A DNA stretch of 52,444 bases, the filler included, from Sphacelaria rigidula (Eukaryota): the NCBI GenBank assembly GCA_964200075.2. It is 2 parts of 2 records of this genome, joined end to end, with 100 filler letters (N's around TTAATTAATTAA, not from the genome) between each part and the next. Parts side by side here need not be neighbours in the genome. Positions count along the whole stretch, not along the records: positions 1 to 26,205 come from CAXNAA020000147.1; positions 26,306 to 52,444 come from CAXNAA020000148.1. One strand, 5' to 3'. Made by a program: the position numbers and the translations under genes. Positions 25,601-50,389 of this stretch are shown here, piece by piece. Position 1 is the stretch's first letter. The number at the start of each line of letters is the position of its first letter. The notes below the pieces were generated by a model that saw nothing but the letters and a program-made list of their open reading frames with translations, did no database searches and had not been told where the DNA came from.

Positions 25601-26100
25601 CTCGAGATGACCAACTACAAATGTATCAAGAATGACCATACGAAAGCGTTTACTCTGATTTGGGGGCTGCCTTGTCTGGCAGGGAGAATCATCTCTTCCA
25701 AAACGCATCATGTTCGGGCGGGTAGCCGCATGAGGGCCCAAGGAGGCTAGTCGGCGCCCCAAACACTGGGACGACTGCCTCCCGGAGAACTCATGTGCAC
25801 TCGAGGCTCTTGGACAGAGAATAAACACGACGGAGATGGCTCATCTACGGTTCAGAGGCACTTGACACACATAATTGGGTCAGTGCGGCGAAGAACATGG
25901 ACAAATGACACGTTGGAGTTGAGAAAGGCGCGAAAGAGTTGGGAGAGGCGTGGCGACGTGAAGACAAACACCAATCGGACCTTTGCCACAAACGAGAGGC
26001 TGCTGCATCGAGAGTCACCATTCGGAGAGCCGCCACGGTCGACACAACAACAGCAATAACTCACGAGGAGTCCAGGATGGAAATGGTCGAGAGAATGTCC
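22680..26100 (+). mobile_element. Decayed non-LTR retrotransposon (LINE, APE endonuclease plus reverse transcriptase, RTE-like)
   Basis: Frameshifted remnants. APE: CDVIGL, LLDANARTG, NSNGTSLLQF, RIEYIFIR, DSDHNIVCA. RT: KVTGPDGLPAEFLK, LHKKxDRTKCDNYGGISL, CFVDVRKACESV, GLGQGCVSSPLLSNIF, ADDAG, YLGG, LYECATWT. Many stops and frameshifts; boundaries approximate. Confidence 0.9.
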
Positions 26101-26205
26101 CGTTTTGTACCCAACTAGGGATGAATGGAGGAGCTGGCTTGACCCTTAGACTGCGAGGTTAGTCTTCTGTTGAATCGGCATCAATTTCAAGTGAAAAATA
26201 TTATG

Positions 26206-26305
26206 NNNNNNNNNNNNNNNNNNNNNNNNNNNNNNNNNNNNNNNNNNNNTTAATTAATTAANNNNNNNNNNNNNNNNNNNNNNNNNNNNNNNNNNNNNNN
26301 NNNNN
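26206..26305. other. Artificial scaffold linker (44 N + TTAATTAATTAA + 44 N)
   Basis: Exactly 100 bp, with a six-frame stop cassette in the middle. The sequences on either side may not be truly adjacent. Confidence 0.97.
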
Positions 26306-26688
26306 AATCAAGCTCGGTACCTCTGCAAAAGGGCACCGTTGTCATGGTGGGTTTCACTTCCGCACCACGGCCCCACTCCCCCCCCCCCCCCCCCCCCCCC
26401 CGCCTATCGTAGGGCGACTCTCGTACGTTTATCTTGGATGTGCGCAGCCAGCAACGAGTCGGCGAGAACGTAAGACGCAGTCGTTGAAGATGTGGTTATG
26501 CTCGGACTCGCGTAGTACTACGAAGCCCCTTCCGTCTCCTGAACGCACTCAAACCGCACCCATGAGACGTTGCAGGTTATGATGCCGAGAGACCAATCGC
26601 TTGTACACCCCGCCGTACCGTACCCTCCCTCAAGAAGATGTGCAGTGTCCTCCCGCTTGTCCCTGTTTTCTGTTTTTTTTCCCGGCAG

Positions 26689-38468
<11,780 letters not shown>

Positions 38469-38550
38469 TCAACACACACGCAGGGGACATCCCACCTGGG
38501 AAGAGTTCCTGTTCTTCCTGTCTGAAGCACTCAACGCGATTGCTCCCATA

Positions 38551-38680
38551 CCCTGGACAGTAGAATACTCAGTCAAAAAGGGTACTGCGTACAGTATCGA
38601 CTATTGCGCCTATCGCAATAGACAATATATTAAATGCTGTACGCAGTGCACTTTTTGACAATATAATTTATTGTCCCGGG
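38551..38680. mobile_element. Second copy of the ~130-bp hairpin MITE, just downstream of the XPB stop codon
   Basis: ta|ccctggaca...gtcaaaaag.gtactgcgtacagtat...ctgtacgcagtgcactttttgaca...tgtcccggg; similar to 11104-11233. Confidence 0.75.
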
Positions 38681-40216
38681 TGTGATTGCTCCCGGAGAAG
38701 AAAAAAAGTGACTCACTCGTTAGGGGTTGGCACTGAGCCGCTACACGCTGTGTTCTCGGGCGAGGAAGTAGCCCCGCAGATCGGCTGTTGTCGGTTCTTG
38801 ATCTTTTGAGCCGTTGCCGTAGGAATCTGTCAGTTCGCAGGTCGCTGTGCCAGCGAACATCGTGAAATGCCAGGTGGCTCATTGCCCCTGTATTGGAATA
38901 TGGAGTGGTGATAAAACGTTGCTCCGTACGCCGTTTTTTTGGAGGGGGAGTCTTGCGGATTCGGATGCGAAGGAGCGAGATACCACATGGATGGCTGTCG
39001 CGATTACCTGAACCTGCGATCTGCGTGGCGTGGGGTGGACTAGTGGGTATGATGTTCCCTTCACCGTAGGTCGCTTGTAGATGTTGTAGATGACCTCACT
39101 TGTAGATTTGGGCTCCAACAGGCCATAGCTTTAGGGGACGGCGTTGTCGAATTGCCGCCAAGAACGCTTCGAGAAAACTCTCTCTGGACTGCTTCATGTT
39201 GCATGATGGAAATTCGTGGGAGATCGGCGACAGCCATTCACTTCTGCGCGTCGCTTACATGATAGGGTATGTTGAAGTATCATGGCGCGAAGGGAAGTTC
39301 TGTTGATAATACCTTCATCTGTCCAAGCTCCAACGAGGTCATTATGAGAAATGACTGGGTGATGGACGAAAATATCAGTGCCGTCAGCAGACTCTCGCCG
39401 AATGGCTGCAACACTCTTCTCAACATCCTAAGGACTAACTGCAGAAGAACGGGACCAGTATACTCTACTGTCTTTTGACATCGTGGATCCGTCACAACAT
39501 TTTTGTCGTCACACCACTCAAAAAAGGGGATTTTTGATGATGTAGATGATCGATTCGATTGTCGCACTTGAACGAGAATTTGTGTATTGTAAGCTGTATT
39601 GTCGCACTTGAACGAGAATTTGTGTAAACTGTAGGCAACAAGCACGGAGTACAAGCGGCTGCAGCTCCCATCAAATGGCTCTGTCATTGTGCACCGACGT
39701 CCAACTCGATCCGGACGTTGGCAGGGTTGTGCGGTGACTGTTGTGCATTGTACGGTATGACTATGGCGAGTGCTGTAGACTTCCAGTAGTCCGTATCTTA
39801 CCGTGTTCTCGAGACCAAAAAAAGAAGAGGGTAAAGGAACGATGGTCCAACAGCAGCATGTTGATTGATCGCCTGGTGGGTCAATGCAAGCACAATTTCG
39901 AGCATATGTCCACCTTGGTAGCATAAATAGCACAGAATTCCAGCAAGTAGGATGGAAAGCATTATATCGTAGGGGCTGGCACGCCATCCTACTCTTGACA
40001 TTTTGGCCAAGAAGCTGCGATTGATCGCGGCTGTAAAATTAGTGCAGTTGATCGTATACTACCATTGTCAAGATTTTGATCACCAGTACAGCAGTAGAAG
40101 TACAGTAGTGTATTACTGTTCCAGAACAGAATGCATATTCTCACTGAAAAACTGTTGAGATTACTAGCACGAGCTGGGCCAGCCGAGAAGCGATTCTGTA
40201 CTTTGCAGGTCCATTT

Positions 40217-40469
40217 TACGGCCAATATTTAGAGTTGGACCCTGAAATTTGGTATGGACAACGAATGGGGCATAATACAAAGAATTACCAGTGCACACAT
40301 TTTTTTTTTTTCCCCATGAGTTAGGGGCATTTTACCGATATCTGAAAACCGACTATTGCCCTCAACTCATGAACAAAAAAAAACCTTGTGTGCACTGGTA
40401 ATTTTTTTCATTATGTCCCATTCATTGTCCACACCAAATTTCAGGGTCCAACTCTAAGTATTGGCCGTA
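40217..40469. repeat. ~250-bp long inverted repeat (foldback/MITE)
   Basis: tacggccaata.ttagagttggaccctgaaatttggt...aattaccagtgcacaca (40217-40298) is reverse-complemented at 40387-40469. Inner arms catgagtt.ggggca / tgccc.caactcatg also pair. Confidence 0.85.
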
Positions 40470-41384
40470 TATTAGGCCGTTTAGTGACGGGGTCGAAAGA
40501 AATTCGGAACAGTATTTTGCAGGTCACTTACCGGCCGACGTTTGGTGTTTGTGTATTGAAACTTTGTGTGGGCCGTGGCTAGGGCATAATTGACGAAACA
40601 AAGTGGGTCAGGTTGTTTTTTTCTCATTTCTTCACTGATTTAGAACGTTTTAGTACGGAAACCGCCACTGTTTTACGAGAACGCCCGAACCTCTCCCCCC
40701 CCCCAAAAAAAATTGAAGGCCCATTTTATTTATTTATTCAGCATATCTCTGTGGTTCTTTATCCTGAGTTCCAAACTACAATTCTAAAAATTGAGCGAAG
40801 AAATTGAGATAGGGCCCAAAAGCAGTGTTCATTTCTCCTCAAAACTGCCCCAAAACCCCGAAAAAAAATGGAAAAAACCCCGAAAAAATTGAAAAAGCTG
40901 TGTTTACAAGCTTTATCACGCACTAGCGGTTCTCCATACGAAATTTTATAGCATAACTCTCAAAAACTGAGACGCGATATCCAGATTTGGCTAAATTAGC
41001 GCATCTGCTCGTAATACACTGATTATGGTATAGAAACTTATGTGCGCCATATCTCGAGATAGATTACGAATTAGGTGAAGGTGAGGGTATCTATCGTCTC
41101 CCCGTGCTCCAGGGAATGCCCGCACCAAAATTCGTCGCCACCCGCTGAATGCATCGATCGGGGATTTCATAGAGATGTTAGTATGACCCTATCTCCCTTA
41201 GGTATACGAACTACTAGAAATGGGGTTTAATCAATGAGGAAATATTTCTGATTACGAGCTGGAGCGTTCGTTGCAAACAGCTACGTAATGCGCGATCATC
41301 ATCCTTTTGTCTTTGTTCGTGCTTGTGTTTGTGTTTGTGTTTGTCGTCATTTTGTTGTTACTGCTGTTGTTTGTTGTTTGTTGT

Positions 41385-41458
<74 letters not shown>

Positions 41459-41468
41459 GGTGGTGGTG
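41385..41468. repeat. (TTG)n(GTG)n compound microsatellite
   Basis: Directly visible. Confidence 0.97.
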
Positions 41469-42419
41469 TTTTTTGTTGTTATCGCTGCCCCCTTTCTTTC
41501 CTTTCTGAGGCAGTTGCTTCTGTCGTTTTTCTGTTCCTTTCTTTCTTTTTTGTATTTTGTATTTTATTTCATTATTCTGTTCTATTTTTGCTGCTCCTGA
41601 CCACGGGCTGGATTGTTGCAATCAGCTAATAATGTGAGATAATCGATCAATCAATTAATGGGCCCAAAATTTTGAGCAGATGGGCACCTTCCCCTTGGTT
41701 AGACGATTAACACAATATGCGGATCATGGCCCAACTCGTCCGTGTCGACGAGATATTGCTTTGAGAGCTTGAATCCGTGTCTAGGCTGGCCCAGGTCGTA
41801 CAACAAGACGCCTTGGCACGCATAATAAGTACAAGCCCAGCGCGTTTCAAACATAACCCCTTCTATTTCACCGCAACTAGATCGTTCAGTCGTTGTATTG
41901 ACCCGCCCGTTTTCAAATCGGTACTAGTCATCCCGCCTCCTGTTGGGAGATCATGGCGGGTTGTACATCCAACACCTCGCTGTGAGGCTGCCGCTATGCT
42001 GCCGTTTACTGCTTGCAATACCTGCATAAACGATTGAGTTTTCAGCGCACTTAAACATTTGCTGGATATTCAGTATCCTTACTCATTACAGGTCAACTTC
42101 CAAACAGTTATCTAGGCAAACAATTTTTGGACCTCATGAGTGGAGAGATCTATGCAATGGGCACGGAGCACGATCACGATGCCTTGCTGACATAGCTGAC
42201 CCTCAAAATCAAGCCGGAGCGGTGGGTACATCCCTGCAGTAGTGGCTGGGGAACCTGCTGGTACAGATCCTACTTGCCATATGGGTCAGAGTTGGGGTAA
42301 GGCCTATGGTGTATGCCCTACCTTACACACCCTGTTGGGTCAAGGAGGCAGACTTCCAAGCAGCAAAATCCTTCCACAGTTGGACACTCACCACCTAGCC
42401 TATCTACCTTCCGCCGCTC

Positions 42420-45400
42420 ATGGCAAAAGATCACAGTTGTGAGAGAGGCAGTAACGCTGCCGGCACAAGTCAAGAGTTTCAAATTGGAGAACAAATGGAC
42501 GGTGGCCGCACGGAAATGTACACCTCAGGCACTGGCGGGGTGGATGAAGGGGACGAAATAAGCGACCATGACACTCTGTTTGACCTGTCAATGTCAGCTT
42601 CGAGTACAGTTTCAAGCAGCGGAAAAGCGTCAAACGCGCTCATGAAAGAACCGCCAGCGTGTGTGCCAAGTGAAGCTGGTTCGAGAGACTTGAGGTGTGT
42701 GGAAACGGAAGATCACCCCGGTAGTCGAACACTGACGTCGGCACAGGGTGCCCATCGAAAAGGATTGCTGGTGGACAGAAGAGAAAATGCATTTCAGGTC
42801 AATGATACAGATGAGCAGCATCCTGTGATAATTCGCCAGAAGTCCCCATTTCGGAGTATCACACGGCAAACAGATCCCTGTGGTAATCTCTTTGATGTGG
42901 GGCATGCCCAGCAACCGACGCTGGATCTAGGCTCAGCTATGCTATCCCTTATCCCCTCGTTCCCCTCCTGGAGTGTGGAGATATGGCTACGGGCTCACCG
43001 TGTTATGCCAGTGCGTGGAGTTGATTTTACAATTCCTCCATATATTCGAATCAGCTTGCATCCGGGGGGACAGACCGTGGCATGCACGAAACAATTCCAT
43101 CGGACTGGTCCTGAAAATATTGAGTACACCCCCGTGAGAGATACACCAAAAACGTGTGCAGGCAATACCCGCTGCGCCAGCGTGCGGTCTGAATGCGTGA
43201 ACAACGACGATGCCGATTGCGGAAATATGGTCATACTTAAGGTAGGGTCGGAATATATATCACGATTGATGAAAAACGACGGACCGCCGACGCTGAAAGT
43301 TGAATTGGTGAGCGGCCGGTCCGTGGGCCACTGTGACTTGTCGCTGTCGGAAACGCTGCGCCGGCCAGGCCACTACTTTCTTGACCTCCAAGTACCCATC
43401 TGGGAAAAGGTATCGCGGAATTCAGCAAGCAAGAACGACGATTTTCCGCAGAGTGATCGCGTAGGTGAAGCAGAAGCGCGAGGGCAGGCCAGTCGTGTGA
43501 CCAAGAAGACTGGGCGCAGCGCAGTGGCAAATTTGGCCTTTGAGCTCGGGGTTATACAAGTAGGGGCAGGAGATCACGTGCTTCCCGTGGACGTATGGAC
43601 CAACCGGGTTCCCAGCTTTTTAAACCAAAGCAATATCACTGTTGAGGTGCTGGCGGTCCGAGGTGGTGCTGACACGCTGGGATCGGCCAGAGATCAAGTG
43701 CATCCAACTGGAAAACGAAGCGGTGGCATTGGTGTAGTTGTTGAGCTTGCCGTCGCGGGAGAACGCAAGTATCTTGACGTCCTAGACTCCAGTCAGAACT
43801 TCATCGAGGGTCGTAGTAATACTCCTTCAATAGCAATGCTTCAGGAAACAGGAAATGGTAGCCAGGTCGTGCTCAAGTCTACATGCACTGAGCTTGATAT
43901 CCTAGGCCTGAGACTGGTTACGAAGACCGCTCAAAATGTACCGTTGGCTGGTCCCAAAGACCATTGCTATGACCGGGGGCATGCTGGGGGATCTGGGCTT
44001 CGTTGCGGACCTGCGTTGATGATTCCGGTGAGTGACATTAACAGCATTTTCGATGGGCAGGATATCTGGATTGCCATGGATGCGCCTGGAAGAAACAACG
44101 CCACAGGCTTGGACGTTACAAACGCGGCTGCCTGCGCCACTAGAGGAAGTGGAAGATCCGGCATGTTGGAAGTGAACCTGAGAATAATGTCATCGATTTC
44201 TGACGATCAGCTCGAAATGAACCTTGATGATCGTTCGCGGAAACGTCTACAGTCCTCAGCCAAGTCGCGCGAACCCCACCTCCAGTCTCCTACATCACCA
44301 CCGAGTCTAGTACACCACTTCAACCCAGAATTCGTTCCCACGATGTTTCCAAAGTGGTCGCATGCTACGGTTACATATCATGAGCAAAATCCACACGTAT
44401 TCAGGACAAGTCTTTCGGTAAGCCAGGGATATAATGCCTTCTTGCAACCGGGGCCTGGAAGTTTGGAACTAGAAATCATCGCTATCCAAAGGCGCCGTCC
44501 GTTGCAACCGGCGATATCCTCTGGGAGCGGAGCGATTGGTCAGATAGAGAGACAAGGTTCTTGGCGAGTACGCGTTGAATTTACCGGCGGGAGAAACGGC
44601 CGTCTCACGCTTCAATCTCCTGCGGGAATTATTCCCACTTCTTCGGGAGCTGGACAGAGAGCGAAGCACGAAGGAGAAGAGGGTGAGATGGGGAAGGGCG
44701 ATAGAGTACGCTGGCCTGGTAGCGCTGGAATGAGGGCAAGGTATGCCATCCACTGGACGTCGCGACGGCGGACTCTCCCGTGTGCGCTATTTTCTGTCCT
44801 TGAGGAAGAAGTGAGTACTGTTCTACGCAGCGCAGTCAAGGATAGGGCCGGGTTTCGACCGATGGGACTGTGCTCTCTTGTTCAGGTCCTTACTACCATG
44901 AATCTTGTCGCATCGTATGGCCTTCAGGATCTGAACACGAATCAGTATCTCAAGAGCCCCCGTTAAAGCGCCATTTCCCCGACTCCCCAATCCCCGACTC
45001 CCGGCGTTGTTACGGTTTTCTGACATACCTTGGGAACATCAATCTTGTATCTAATGACCACGCCTGAGTACCTCGGCAATCAGTCAATGTAGGACCATCA
45101 ACCAATCAGTCAACCAGTCAACCAATCGATCTTACCATCACCGGTTGGGATCTAGCGGCCTAACGCCGGTGTCAAATCTCGTATTATATTTTCAGTAATG
45201 GAATAAAAAAGACTCAAAGTTTATCACACCAAGATAGATGGTATGTATCATTCCTTTCCTCCTCTTTGTCACAATCAAAACCCCTCCCCTTTCTCGGGGC
45301 GTGCCGGTGGTGGTCTCAAGGGATCAACCCATATCTCCTCGGTACACGCCTTGCATTTTGATCTCCCGGATTGGGTCAGCATTCCCTCACCGCGTCAACT

Positions 45401-48400
45401 CTTGTTAAATAAACTCAGCCAACGATCTTTTTGTCTACTCATGTACGCAGGCTTTTGCCGGTGCGAATCAGATTCGTCGGAGAAACAATGTGAAGCACCT
45501 GGTGGGAATCGAACCGACGTTCCTTCCACCCTGATGGTGTCACTTGTACCATTTAAATTTACACTACCAGCGCGCGACGGTATCACACAAACGCGTTTTC
45601 GATGTGTATTATCACGGTACTCTCACAGGAACCCCGGCGCAAATAATATTTAGTCCTAAGGGTACATCCGTAACAACAAAAAAACGATATGATATCACGT
45701 GTGGGATGTGAAATGTACTATAGCACCACCAGACTATACAGTTTGGGTAGGCACCAGGTTAGGATTAGTCGCTGCCCCAGCACTGAGCACCAGGAATAGC
45801 TAGGAAGCTCGCGCAGGAGATAGCTGTGTACGCTGTTTAATTGACACGCCTCGAGCTGCGGCGTTTACGCAATGCAGTACGAACAACTTTCCGAAGTCGA
45901 GAAAGCGTGTTGCGAAACATGTTCCAAATGGTATGCATCGATGCTATCAAGGACTGAGTAGAAAACATAACTGACTAGAAAATAATATCACTGGGGGGCA
46001 TTCGTTGCTCTCTGGTTTTATTAATATGCACCCCATATCTTCGGCATTACAGCAAGTGGTGGCACAGGCCATGCTGGAGCTTTCGTCATTTGTGGCTACT
46101 TCTGGCGACACCTTTCGGTTCTCGCTACCCTGTTGTGGAATCCGCGGACGGACTCCCGGAGCTTTGATTCCTGAGATGAGCCTGTCCCTCGACCTACAGT
46201 GCCGTTTCACAGAGGACAACTCAACGACAGAAGACGGCGGACCCATCAATGGACTGGAAGACGGGACATTCCGGACATGCACTAATCTTCCTTCCGTCCC
46301 ACCGGGGGTTCTCGTGCTGCAGGTACTGTACCCCCAAGTACTGTAGTGGTGGGGAGCAACACCACAGTAGGGGGTGCAATTTTTTCCTTGAGGCAGGCTC
46401 TTTGCTGTACAATATAGGACCCTCTCGACAATATACGCGTCACTGCATTCGCTGCCCTCCAGCTATCAGATCCAATCTGCAAACATGGACGTAATACCGA
46501 CGCCTTCGTGAGCTCTGTTCCGATGTAAATGATATCGTCGCTTCTGAGGTCTTCCGCTGCTGTTGTCATTTTGCTGTTGCTCACTCGTTTGGCAGTATGT
46601 ACGTCGGACCTCCTTGGAAACTCTGTCCATGAAGCTCTTGGATGTTGAACATATGTAAGCTTCTAGCTATGCAAGCCCAGATCTACCACATTCCGTCCGC
46701 AGCAGCTCCTGTTCGATCCATTTACGCGTCTATGGAGTACACGCCGACTCGCGCATATTGCGATTACTCCCCGCTTTTTCGGGTGCTCAGGTTGTAGCTA
46801 TTCGGTGGGTTCATCAAGCGTCGATGCGAACACCGCACCGATCTCACCGCGTCACCTTTTCCGTTCCCGAAGAGCCGGCATCAGCCAAGCTGTTCTCTTC
46901 CCGAAAATGCTCCGGGGATCGTTCAGTAACTGAGATCTGCGACGAAGCAGAGGAGAGCGGGGAAGGGGCTACCGCTGACGGGGTCAGCCGAAGCAATGTG
47001 ACACATTTACGGCTGCAGGTAAAAATACTATTCGGTCATCTCCAATGTGTGCTCATTCAGCAATGTACAAAAAACACAATCTTCTGGACGGCAGGGATAT
47101 GAGGAGACCCCGGTGTGGATTGTGTCGGTTTTGTGCGCTAAAGACTTGTCACTGTCCATTTTGCCCACGCTGGTACTTGTTTGTCGACGACAGGGTTTGG
47201 GCTAAGGGTGCCATCCGTCAAGTAGAGCAGAACATGAAACTCGTAAATCGAACGAAATGCTACATGCAGAACACAACAGACCGACATCGTGAGCTTTTCT
47301 ACCTGCGGCATTTACGAAAATATTCTGAACGGGAACAGTCATTACCGTTACCCAACGGTATCCGCTACCGTCAACCGTTGTACACAAATATATAACGAAC
47401 AGCTGACGGAGTGAAACACGACGCTTCAACACGAAGGTAGATGTAGTCCTAGACAATACTATTATTTTGGGAGGGCATTCAGATACTCGACAATATGCAG
47501 ACGCGAGTAACATGACATGAAGATTCACGTTATGTAGAGGAAGATAGCGCGGTTGATCCGAGGTCTCCACAGGGTTCGACCATTTCGCTTCTTGTTGTCC
47601 AAGCATGACCTGCGGTGGATTGGGATCCGGACGCTCGAGGAAAAGTTGGTGTGAATCGATTAGCCTGCTGTCTGTGCCATCGTTGTCCTCCTCCTCCTCC
47701 TCCTCCTCCACACACGGTGTATCACTGCGCGCGGCTTTCGCCTTCAGCCCTTCAAACGAGACACCTTGATGGTACTGGTGACTGTACATGAGAATACGCG
47801 GGTCGACACATGGTATAGTCACGGGGACGAATCTGTGGAGAGACGAAGCTGGGCGGAACATACTTGCCGGGGAGCGACCGCTTGGATCCCGATCACTGCG
47901 GACGTGTTACGAGCTGGTCATCTCTCCGACAGGTACTTGCATAATAGAATGGTATGGCAGCCGCTGGTAGAGCACCAGTGCATTTTGCGGTTGGGTCTTC
48001 ACCCCAAGTGCCCCCCATTCTACCTTGCCGGGTGCTTAACTGGGTCAAGCATACGTGTGTCTCGACCTCAAGTATGCGTCACCTTTGAATTTTCCCCACC
48101 ACACACTTCTACGGTCCAACCGTGCATTCGGATCGCGAAACATACACCAATGGATGCGTCAGCGTTTCACAAATGGCGTAATGATGCCCCTTATGAAGAC
48201 ACACTCGACTGCTCGTAGGCTTCTTTATCCTAGCGAGCACAAAAATGGGGACTACACTGGTTCGGTGCCTTGTGTGCCTTGTGCAAGGCGTATCGAGGTC
48301 TACAGTGCAATCGTCTGCGCCCAAGCTGCTTCTTTCGAACTAGAACGAGTGGGATTGAGGTGCCAATTTTCGACCAAACTCTTATTTTGTTTTGAAACTA

Positions 48401-49491
48401 TACACTGTTTCGTTTGGCCTGATTGGTAGCCCCTCGAAAAAATATCCTACTTCCATGAAGCTCGTCCGATGTTTTCCCTCAGAAAAGCGCTTTTAGGATG
48501 GCTACATCCGCCTCAAAACTCGGTGTACTCATGACAACACTGAAACACTTTGTCAACTCATATCGGAGGAATGAGATATCTCGGACCACCGATTCTCCAG
48601 TTCAACCTCTCCGTCTCTTCTCTCCGACTCTTTGCTACCCGCTGCTACTCTCTCCCACCCTCTCCATGACGATCGTCTCTCTCCATGACGATCGTCTCTC
48701 TCCATGACGATCGTCTCTCTCCATGACGTGCGGGGGCAGGTGGTACGCGTTTCGTGCAGACGATGGTCGCTCGACGACGAAGGCCTGCGAGCTACGCCTA
48801 AGGCTCCACTACATACCCAACATTCCCAACCAAGTAGAAATCAAACCGGAAAGTGAAGACTATATTACGGTAGTGATGGAGGAAGGGCGAAATCTCAGGC
48901 ACCCGGAGTTGCTGGGCCCGCTTGAGGCCTTCGCCGAATTAAGTGTGGTGTGCCCGTCAGAGCAGGCGTCACTGGGAGATGGCGACTTTCGGCAAAGACG
49001 ACGAATGTCCAGGTGTGATATTAGAGAACAATATTCCAGGCAGCGCTGACACCGCGCAGTTGACCTGCATATGTGATGAATCAACAATATTCCTGCCAAG
49101 GTACGACTTTTATCTGCGAGGAGGATTTTCGGGTAGTATACTACAGTACAGTACGGGCGGGAGGTCTGTGTAGGTGAGCACGATAACAGCATAACACACC
49201 GCCGTCCTCGTTGGCCCATGCATATGCTCGGTGTCGGTGATGTCGATGATATTGTGTTCTTTTTTATATGAACATCAACACCATCGATAACATGTGCGCC
49301 ACCTCCACTACCTTACCTCCAGGGCTACAACCCTCCTTCCGCTGCGCGAAGTTGCCACCATTGGCAACGGAAGCTTCCCCTGCTGGAACTGCGTCGTTCA
49401 AGTGCATCTACCGGCTACATGTAGTAGGGCCTTCATGGAAGGATCTGAGATCGAGATCGAGGACAATTCTTCGTGGAGATCGAGACCGTTG
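42420..49491 (+). CDS. Large multi-C2-domain-like protein (start uncertain, 3' end not found)
   Basis: Long open exon ~42420-44810 (donor GAA|gtgagt), then phase-consistent exons 46053-46322, 46791-47018, 47748-47932, 48740-49012 and 49323-49491. C2-like signatures: VEIWLRAHRV..PPYIRISL, GHCDLSLSETL, DRWYAF...CELRLRLHY, YITVVMEEGRNLRHPELLGPLEAFAELSV, GNGSFPCWN. Confidence 0.7.
48661..48728. repeat. 19-bp tandem repeat, about 3.5 copies, directly upstream of a splice acceptor
   Basis: tctccatgacgatcgtctc at 48661, 48680 and 48699, with a partial copy at 48718. Confidence 0.95.
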
Positions 49492-49502
49492 GTACGCTTG
49501 AA

Positions 49503-49775
49503 AAAAGCGAAACGAAGCGAAACGAAACGAAACGAAACGAAACAGAACGGAATGAAATGAAACGAAATGAAACGAAGCGAAACGAAACGAAACAAGACAT
49601 AACACAACGAAATGAAACGAAGAGAGACGAAACGAAAGAAAACGGAACGAAGCGAAGCGAAGCGGAATGAAACGAAGAGAAACGAAACGAAATGAAATGA
49701 AATGAAATGAAACAAAACGGAACGAAATTAATTTAAATTAAATGACACCAAGCAAAACGAAACGAAGCGAAAACA
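49503..49775. repeat. (AAACG/AAATG)n pentanucleotide microsatellite
   Basis: Directly visible imperfect array. Confidence 0.95.
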
Positions 49776-49849
49776 TGAAGTTGAAGCCGGGCAACATGAT
49801 AACTACCTGACTTATAGTCCAGCATCATGATCTATTGTTTTTGTTTGTC

Positions 49850-49954
49850 GTGCCTGCCGATCAGATGTTTCTGAGCACTAAGTGCCTGCCGATCAGATGT
49901 TTCTGAGCACTAAGTGCCTGCCGATCAGATGTTTCTGAGCACTCAGTGCCTGCC
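49850..49954. repeat. 32-bp tandem repeat, about 3.3 copies
   Basis: gtgcctgccgatcagatgtttctgagcactaa at 49850, 49882 and 49914, with a partial copy at 49946. Confidence 0.95.
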
Positions 49955-50389
49955 CCGTAAGCAGGATGTGTACACAGGATGTTTAACTCGCGGGTATGCT
50001 CCATCCTCACAGTATACGTCTACAGTCTTGCCTGAAGGTCCCAGGGTCAGGATTAACCGGGGGTCTCGTAGATGTACGCAGCGCCTCAGATTGCCGTGAA
50101 ATAGATACCATGGTGGTTTTTCCTCTTGACTCCACCCCCCACCTCCAGACTGTTGGGTTGGCGTCGAGTGGCAAGGACGCTGTAAAACAAGCCACCAGAG
50201 CCTAGACATAAAATGTACACACTGTCACCGTACCTGTACGGTGAACCGCCACTAGATAAAAAAAAACATGCCGAACCGACAAACACAATGGACATGCAAA
50301 AGCCTGAATAACGAATTTTGTTTCCCCGCAGAAACACACAATATGGGTATAGACAAGATATAACAAAGCTGTTTGGTTTTGTTCTTTTT

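Larger units (their letters stand above)
40170..41798. mobile_element. Long (1.6 kb) member of the CGAGCTGGGCCAGC-TIR family with a nested hairpin element
   Basis: cgagctgggccagcc at 40170 and ggctggcccaggtcg|ta ending at 41798 (one mismatch). No transposase ORF is visible. Confidence 0.6.

Noticed and set aside
26250..26261. TTAATTAATTAA palindrome as a biological site
   Set aside because: It is an artificial stop-codon linker within an N gap.
26309..26321. aagctcggtacc as a cloning-vector polylinker remnant
   Set aside because: Only an 11-bp match next to the gap, too short to support.
39558..39626. 29-bp direct duplication (similar ones near 29845 and 31300)
   Set aside because: Ordinary local tandem duplications in non-coding DNA; noted only as background for the exon-echo finding.
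41288..41629. Poly-Val, Leu, Cys and Gln ORFs (likewise the poly-Ser ORF at 36993 and the CV repeat at 17880)
   Set aside because: These are translations of microsatellites.
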